From Promethearchaeota archaeon (lineage in GTDB: Archaea; Asgardarchaeota; Lokiarchaeia; Sigyniarchaeales; SOKP01): a stretch of 24,522 bases of DNA. The notes beneath the pieces are model-generated. The model was not told the DNA's origin and ran no database searches. It saw nothing but the letters and a program-made list of their open reading frames with translations. Both the position numbers and the translations under genes were made by a program. Every line of letters begins with the position of its first letter. Position 1 is the stretch's first letter. The stretch is taken from the NCBI GenBank assembly GCA_018238625.1, contig JABCSY010000059.1:1-24522 (forward strand), in the 5' to 3' direction. Positions 19,097-24,522 of the stretch are shown here, in pieces.

Positions 19097-19374
19097 TTTT
19101 GGGTAATTTTTATCCGATTGAAGATAGATCGTTAGTAAATATTTGTTATATTCAAATTTAATAATATAGTTTTTTGTAAAAATTCAATCCTAATACTTTT
19201 AAATACTCTGGATAAATAATCTTTCATGTCAAGTTTATTTTATTACACTTGACGCTATTGATGGAGATAATTAGAAATAGAGGGCTATTTTTAATAAAAA
19301 TTTTAACCAATTCCATCAGTTTATCGTGTTTTAAACTCAATTAAACTTATTATAAAAATTTCATAATAATTCAT

Positions 19375-20274
19375 ATGAGATTTGGAATTTCACCTTTATC
19401 ACTCGATCTTATTATTGATAACCTAAAAGAAAAGGGTTTGGCGGGATTAGCACAATTTAAGCTCTCGGATCTTATCGAAGGCGTTGCTAAAGCGGGATTT
19501 AAGCACTGTGAGATTATTCTAGACATCTTCCAACTATTTCCTATTCAGATAACAGAGCAAGAAATTGAGAAACTTAAGAGTATAAAACAAGAATATGATA
19601 TTACCTATTCAGCCCACTTTCCTTTCATAAGCATTGAACTTGCAAGTCCTAACAAATTCATTCGTGAAGGGAGTATTAACTCGATAGTTGATGCGTATAA
19701 TACCTTTATCGAATTAGAAGATGATATAGAAGTCTATGTATTACATGCAACAGGTGAATTTATTGCTGATGCAATGAATTTTATAACGGATCCAAATATC
19801 TATCCCGTTGCAACAAAATTATTCGCAGATTTATCAATTCAGAGCATAAATGAAATTGTTAAAAGGACAGGAATAGATAGAAAGAAAATTGCGATAGAAA
19901 ATATCGTGTTTCCCTTTGAAGCTACAATTAAAATCATTGAAGAATTAGGTACGAAATTATGTATTGATACGGCACATACTCTAGGTGGTTTCTCGGGAGA
20001 ATGCGATTTGGTTGATATTGCGGAAAAATATTTAGATATCACAGCTGAAATTCATTTACAAGACTACAATGAAAAAGGAATAATTGATCATGGTGCTTTA
20101 GGTACGGGGAAGAATTTTCCACCGGAGTTTTTAAATTTACTTCACCAGAGAAATTTTAACGGACCAGTAGTTTTTGAACTACCAAGAATCGACGCATTAA
20201 AGTCTATTGAGTATATTAAAAAATTCGCTCCCAAAATAGAACTACCAAATATTAAAGATCAACCTTTCTATTAA
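19375..20274 (+). CDS. AP endonuclease 2 / xylose isomerase-like TIM barrel; resembles the family annotated as cobamide-remodelling phosphodiesterase CbiR
   Basis: Metal-ligand motifs AHFP, LHATG, IEN, IDTAH, IHLQD, DH and VFE. The CbiR-like call comes from recalled family resemblance (AIENxxFPFE, LCIDTAH), not from a search. Confidence 0.7.
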   Translation: MRFGISPLSLDLIIDNLKEKGLAGLAQFKLSDLIEGVAKAGFKHCEIILDIFQLFPIQITEQEIEKLKSIKQEYDITYSAHFPFISIELASPNKFIREGSINSIVDAYNTFIELEDDIEVYVLHATGEFIADAMNFITDPNIYPVATKLFADLSIQSINEIVKRTGIDRKKIAIENIVFPFEATIKIIEELGTKLCIDTAHTLGGFSGECDLVDIAEKYLDITAEIHLQDYNEKGIIDHGALGTGKNFPPEFLNLLHQRNFNGPVVFELPRIDALKSIEYIKKFAPKIELPNIKDQPFY

Positions 20275-20423
20275 AAGAAAAATAAACTATTCCAAAATCT
20301 TCAGGTTTCTGTCTTTCTCTCTCAACCAACTCTTTTTAATTTTTTAAACTCTCATTCCAGTTTGAATGTACTACATTATTGTAAAATGAAAAGATTAATT
20401 TGTTTTGTTTTAATATTTTTTTT

Positions 20424-21680
20424 ATGGAATATAAAGAGGATATTGGTGAAGCGAAAGAACGCATGGATGCATGGTGGAACCACGAAATAATTGATCGTCC
20501 GGTTTTTAGTTATTATTTTCCTAAAAAAAGGGGAAAACTTGGTGCGTATTTAGATATCGTCGGTGAAAATTGGGATTTAGCACAAGACCATGAAGGAATT
20601 GAAAATACTCTTGATGGGATTGAAAAACGAGCCGAAATTACGTACCATGGAGGTGAATCTATTCCTACATATTTCCCGAATTATGGTCCTGGAATTGTGG
20701 CAGCGGTTTTTGGAGTTAAACCAAAATTCCAATCAAACACAGTTTGGTTTAGTCGTCCAACAAAAATAGAGGATATCACAGAATACCTTGAAAGCGTTAT
20801 ATTGAATCAAAACAATGAATGGTATTCACGACTATTAAAAATCACTGAATATGCGGCAAAACGAGCCGGTAGAAACTATACAATAGCACAAACTGATTTA
20901 GGAGGTGTTTTAGATACGCTTTCAGCATTTTTAGGACCGACTAATATAATTTTAACTATGAAGAGAAAGCCTGAAATTATTGACACATGTCGTTCAATCA
21001 TACTTGAAAAACTATTACACATTTATGATAAATTACAAGATATTATTGATAAATATGGAGATGGATGTAGTAGTTGGCTCAATGTATGGTGTGGAAAAAG
21101 GAGTTATCCCATGCAATGTGATTTTAGCGCGATGTTAAACCCAAAATGGTTTAAAAGGTTTGCCTTACCGGATCTTGTAGCTCAAGCAGAACATCTAGAT
21201 TACGCAATTTACCATCTAGACGGTCCCAACGCACTCCATCACTTAGATCCCTTATTGGCCGAACCGTCTATAACGGGGATTCAATGGGTTCCAGGTGCAG
21301 GAAGTGCACCAATGGGTTCAGAAGTATGGATATCGCTTTATAAGAAAATTCAAAAAGCAGGTAAGAATTTGGTAATAGACGCCTCGCCAGAGCAAGTTTC
21401 TAATTTATATAAAAATCTTGACTATAAAGGGTTATTTGTAAGAACCTTCTACCGAACAGAATTTATTACAAATCTCTACTTACCGAAATTTATGGGCGGT
21501 AATGATGGCAAATTAATATTTAAAGCAAGAAATTGGATAGAAAAACAAGGGAAAAAGAAAATAACGAAAGAAGAATTAGAGGAGTTCTTAATAATAGATG
21601 GAATTGAATTAAATAACAAGCTTAAAAAAGATTTGCTTAAGGAGATTAATAGTTCTATGACGGAAAAAAACCTTGTATAG
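20424..21680 (+). CDS. URO-D-like protein of the YHLDG/IQWVPGAG subtype, with a C-terminal helical extension
   Basis: AWWNHEIIDRP, NYGPG, TDLGG, QCDFSAM, YHLDGP and IQWVPGAG. The ATG at 20424 is preferred over the TTG at 20400. Confidence 0.75.
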   Translation: MEYKEDIGEAKERMDAWWNHEIIDRPVFSYYFPKKRGKLGAYLDIVGENWDLAQDHEGIENTLDGIEKRAEITYHGGESIPTYFPNYGPGIVAAVFGVKPKFQSNTVWFSRPTKIEDITEYLESVILNQNNEWYSRLLKITEYAAKRAGRNYTIAQTDLGGVLDTLSAFLGPTNIILTMKRKPEIIDTCRSIILEKLLHIYDKLQDIIDKYGDGCSSWLNVWCGKRSYPMQCDFSAMLNPKWFKRFALPDLVAQAEHLDYAIYHLDGPNALHHLDPLLAEPSITGIQWVPGAGSAPMGSEVWISLYKKIQKAGKNLVIDASPEQVSNLYKNLDYKGLFVRTFYRTEFITNLYLPKFMGGNDGKLIFKARNWIEKQGKKKITKEELEEFLIIDGIELNNKLKKDLLKEINSSMTEKNLV

Positions 21681-21698
21681 TATTTCACTAATATTTTC

Positions 21699-22859
21699 TC
21701 AAAGTTTTAATGGATATTTTCGATATTTCTCTATAGCGGCTCTCATTGCTAAAACATTCTCCCACGGCATGTTTAAGATGTCGTGACTAGGTCCTACGAA
21801 GAATCCACCACCTTTACCAGCTTTCATTATTGTGCTCCTTACATTTTCGTACACATCTTCGGGAGTTCCATGAGTTAAAACCCCTGAGGAGTCCAATCCA
21901 CCCATAAAGCACAAACGATCTCCTAGCGATTCTTTTAACCCAGCTAAGTCAACTCCTGCTGTTGCTTCTAAAGATTGAATGCAGTTAAGACCAATATCAA
22001 CTAAATCAGGTAAATATTGATCAACTTTCCCACAAGAATGGAGTACAACGATCACACCCCTTTTTTTGCAAGCTTGGTAAATTCTTTTGTGATATGGAAG
22101 GATAAATTCTCGAAAGACTTTTAAAGAAAAAAATCCATTGTCCTTATAACCCAAATCATCGCCAAACATTACTATATCAACGCCTACTTCAGCTAAACGC
22201 TTAATTATTTCAATATTAACCTTCGTGTACTCGTCCATAATTTCGTGAATAAATTTTGGGTTTTTACGTATATAATAAGCAAAACGAGTAAAAGAAAGCC
22301 CTCCAATCAAGACTTCGGAGGGATTCAAGGGTAAATTTGCCATTGGATAGAAATAAGGTGCAAGGGCTTCAACAAATCCTTCCCACTTTTGAGTCGAGTA
22401 TTTAACTCTATCGTTAATCAATTCAGTTGGTTTTCCATACTGGTCCCAATAAGAGTGCAAGATCTCCGGACTTGTAAAATAACCACCGACATACCAAGCA
22501 TATTCTAAACCCGTATTAACTTGTTTCACAGTTCTATATAACCTGCCGTCCATCCTATTAAGACGACAGCCAGCGTACTCAGGAGGGGCGTTTTCGTACC
22601 TCACTTTTATTTTATTTTCCCCAAAGGGGTCCATTCCATAAAGATCGGCGTTCCAAAAGCGTTGTTCTGTAATATAGTATTTAACGTTAGATTTCGTATT
22701 TTTTACGGAACTATGATATCTTTTCCTTTCTTCTGATTCTTTAAAAGCCTGGAAAGAAAGACCTGTTTGCTCAAAGCCAAATAAATGTATAGGAACCATA
22801 TCGGGTTCACCATCAAGCTCGAGAGCTTTGAATACCCGTTCACGTTTTGATAATACCAT
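21699..22859 (-). CDS. URO-D/MtaA-CmuA superfamily protein, HxC...H type (paralogue of 15811-16986)
   Basis: SKRERV, GDDLG, LHSCG, FMGGLD, GGFFVGPSHD and AIEKYRKYPL; collinear with the 15811-16986 protein. Confidence 0.85.
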   Translation of the reverse strand: MVLSKRERVFKALELDGEPDMVPIHLFGFEQTGLSFQAFKESEERKRYHSSVKNTKSNVKYYITEQRFWNADLYGMDPFGENKIKVRYENAPPEYAGCRLNRMDGRLYRTVKQVNTGLEYAWYVGGYFTSPEILHSYWDQYGKPTELINDRVKYSTQKWEGFVEALAPYFYPMANLPLNPSEVLIGGLSFTRFAYYIRKNPKFIHEIMDEYTKVNIEIIKRLAEVGVDIVMFGDDLGYKDNGFFSLKVFREFILPYHKRIYQACKKRGVIVVLHSCGKVDQYLPDLVDIGLNCIQSLEATAGVDLAGLKESLGDRLCFMGGLDSSGVLTHGTPEDVYENVRSTIMKAGKGGGFFVGPSHDILNMPWENVLAMRAAIEKYRKYPLKL

Positions 22860-22996
22860 AATTTATGCGAAAATTAGTTGGTTTAAAATTAAAAGAGATT
22901 AATGATGAGTAGAATAATAATACATTAAAAAAGATTAGTTAATATTTTGTTTCCTTTTAGTTCTTACGACCCATATAGATTTATGTGTATATACTT

Positions 22997-23400
22997 TCAA
23001 TAGTTAATTACCTTAATTTCTTCGACTGTTCAAATTGTTTTATATTTTTAGTAATGATTTGATTAATTCCATTGCTGAGCATAATTCCTATAATTAAGAT
23101 ATCATTATCGTCAATGAGCTGCCCTTTTGATTCTAATTTATCGTAAATCTCTGCCGCTTTCTCTGCTTCCTTAAAGCTTAACGAAAACACCTCCATTCCG
23201 CTGATAAGTTCCATCCAGCTTTTATATAACTCTTTATATCGTTGTTCAGAAATTTTCCTTCTAGTTCTTTCTAAACCAATACTAACTTCATAGACTGTTA
23301 TCGAAGTTATGTGAATTAGGTTTTCTTGTTCAAATATAACTTTTTTAAGTTGCTTGTTACCATTTAAATAATCAATACAGGCGGTTGTATCAAGAATTAT
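22997..23400 (-). pseudogene. vapC: VapC/PIN toxin with non-canonical (ATA) start and probable 3' frameshift
   Basis: The frame of ORF 23008-23214 stays open up to ILDTTACIDYL...ITVYEV at 23400 with no ATG/GTG/TTG start before ILDT; ATA(23400) overlaps the antitoxin TAA. After TKNIKQFEQ a shifted frame gives VEEIKVINY* (stop at 22997-22999), a typical VapC ending. Confidence 0.7.
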
Positions 23401-23639
23401 AATTCTAATTCACCGATGTCTGTTTTTTTCCATTTACGTCCAGGTCGATTCGTAATGTCGCCCCATATTTCCTTCGATTCCTTTTCATTTAAATTCCACG
23501 CTCCAAATGTTTTTTCAAAGTTGATTTTTTGGACACTTAATAATCTTAAGAATAATTCGGAGAAGCTCTCATTCTCTCGTTTAATTTTCATTAATTTGTT
23601 ATAAACTTCCTCAGTAATACTAATATTTTTTGAAGTCAT
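23397..23639 (-). CDS. vapB: VapB-type antitoxin (archaeal DUF217-like family)
   Basis: MTSKNISITEEVYNKLMKIKRENESFSELFLRLL...FGAW. A TATA-like ATTAAATA sits 24-31 nt upstream of ATG 23639. Confidence 0.85.
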   Translation of the reverse strand: MTSKNISITEEVYNKLMKIKRENESFSELFLRLLSVQKINFEKTFGAWNLNEKESKEIWGDITNRPGRKWKKTDIGELEL

Positions 23640-23670
23640 ATGTGTACATATATGCATACACATATTTAAT
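23638..23670 (-). promoter_or_regulatory. Inverted-repeat operator overlapping the vapB TATA box and start
   Basis: ATATGTGTA (23638-23646), a 10-nt spacer and TACACATAT (23657-23665) form a perfect 9-bp inverted repeat; the TATA-like element is at 23663-23670. Confidence 0.6.
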
Positions 23671-23785
23671 CATTTCTTTTTCTTCTAATCTTAAAGATAT
23701 TTAATCATTTACTTTAAATTCTTGCATATACCACACCTATACTCAGTATTTATAGAATATTATAAATTCTTAGATGTAAAATTAA

Positions 23786-23878
23786 TCAAGAATTAGGATT
23801 CAGCATCCTTCCAATAAATAAAATCGTTTTGGTTTGAGAATCTTGAATCATGAATAGAAAGGGATGGTCTGCTTTAAA
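23786..23878 (-). pseudogene. Serpin C-terminal remnant
   Basis: The minus strand reads FKADHPFLFMIQDSQTKTILFIGRMLNPNS*, matching the serpin signature FxADHPFLFxI and terminal ILFxGRxxNP. There is an in-frame stop 10 codons upstream, no start codon before the motif and no hinge/RCL sequence. Confidence 0.85.
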
Positions 23879-24085
23879 GCCACATAGAATGAAAATCTTG
23901 AAAAATTACTTAGATTTGTAATGAAGCAAAATATAAGATAAAAGATCTATAAATAGAAAATGAATAAGGATCTGTAAATCTTTTTAAGTATCAAAACTTT
24001 AGGAAGATAATTAAAAAAAAAGTCATATTACTCTTTAAAGCGAGTTCTAATATGCTTTTTTAAAAAAAAACAGAGAGAAAATATT

Positions 24086-24522
24086 ATGGAAAAAAGATTC
24101 AGAATGCCGATTGTCGTTTCAATTTTTCTCCTTATCGTTGTGATAATTCTCAATTTCCTTCCTTTAATGATTGGTAGAACTATAGATGATTTGATTCCAA
24201 TAATACCTGGCGGTACATTTTCAGATTTGGTGATCTCCATATTAATACCCTTCCTATTCATGATTATAATGCTCTTTCTCGGGCCAATAGTGACCATAGT
24301 CATGGTGAGAATGCATAAAATAATAAAATTGAATAAATACAATTATTTCATCATTCCCATAGAAAAAAAGATTTCTGGAAAGAGGATTCTGCTACGAGCA
24401 ATATTTCCAGGCTTATTAGCAGTTAATATAGCAATCTACATGAGTTTATCCAGTGGGCTCAATCAATTATTTTATTACGGTGGAGGAGAGGCTGAGAATA
24501 TTGCAGTTATAATAGAATATAT
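24086..24522 (+). CDS. Uncharacterised multi-pass membrane protein, partial (runs off the window)
   Basis: Open from ATG 24086 to the end: MEKRFRMPIVVSIFLLIVVIILNFLPLMIG...LVISILIPFLFMIIMLFLGPIVTIVMV...RILLRAIFPGLLAVNIAIYM, with at least 3 TM segments. Absent from the ORF track because it has no stop in the window. Confidence 0.8.
   Translation, partial: MEKRFRMPIVVSIFLLIVVIILNFLPLMIGRTIDDLIPIIPGGTFSDLVISILIPFLFMIIMLFLGPIVTIVMVRMHKIIKLNKYNYFIIPIEKKISGKRILLRAIFPGLLAVNIAIYMSLSSGLNQLFYYGGGEAENIAVIIEY

Noticed and set aside
19226-19330. Cobalamin or fluoride riboswitch, or leader peptide MSSLFYYT, upstream of the CbiR-like gene
   Set aside because: No B12-box or GGGAA/GCCACTG elements; GATGGAG alone lacks the rest of the crcB motif; an 8-codon ORF is expected by chance.
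20275-20340. Protein-like minus-strand string KELVERERQKPEDFGIVYF in the intergenic region
   Set aside because: Too short, no start codon or recognisable family; may simply reflect a pyrimidine-rich terminator tract.
1439-20377. TGTA...TACA palindromes before several genes (1439-1453, 3014-3023, 20365-20377) as a shared regulon operator
   Set aside because: The TGTA-to-TACA spacing differs (7, 2 and 1 nt) and such words are common in AT-rich DNA, so one shared site is not supported.
9169-22859. Calling the URO-D-fold genes hemE or mtaA
   Set aside because: They carry metal-ligand-like HxC/HxD motifs unlike HemE, lack the complete HxC...C set of MtaA, and have no tetrapyrrole or methanogenesis genes nearby.
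15804-23604. Short ORFs 15804, 16050, 16679, 17285, 19839, 21476 and 23416
   Set aside because: Almost entirely or fully overlap real genes, are 60-70 aa long and have no recognisable features.
24028-24342. Minus-strand 104-aa ORF
   Set aside because: Antisense of the longer, TM-patterned plus-strand ORF starting at 24086.
1-24522. CRISPR array, tRNA/rRNA or IS element
   Set aside because: No regularly spaced repeats, cloverleaf or GC-rich structural RNA segment, transposase ORF or terminal inverted repeats were seen.

Overview
AT-rich (roughly one-third GC, by eye), gene-dense archaeal DNA. The 7TM+longin-like protein, multi-wHTH regulator, expanded URO-D-like and GPH transporter paralogues, GGTGA ribosome-binding motifs and TATA boxes about 25 nt before start codons suggest an Asgard (Lokiarchaeia-like) source; this is inference. 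Most of the window looks like a carbohydrate and methyl-group catabolic neighbourhood: a 5'-truncated sulfatase, an L-fucose/D-arabinose isomerase-like protein, three GPH sugar:cation symporters plus one other MFS, a DUF2961/GH172 glycosidase, a divergent GH36-like (clan GH-D) TIM-barrel enzyme, four URO-D/MtaA-fold proteins with three different predicted metal-ligand sets, and a CbiR-like AP-endonuclease-2 protein. Interspersed are YjbQ, a crotonase, a wHTH + 7TM-longin pair and two VapBC-type toxin-antitoxin modules. Features the ORF track misses: a serpin C-terminal remnant (23786-23878, -), the full extent of an apparently decaying VapC (ATA start, probable 3' frameshift), a partial membrane-protein ORF at the right edge, and about 115 nt of higher-GC, apparently unrelated sequence at the left edge. 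No rRNA, tRNA, CRISPR array or transposase was recognised.
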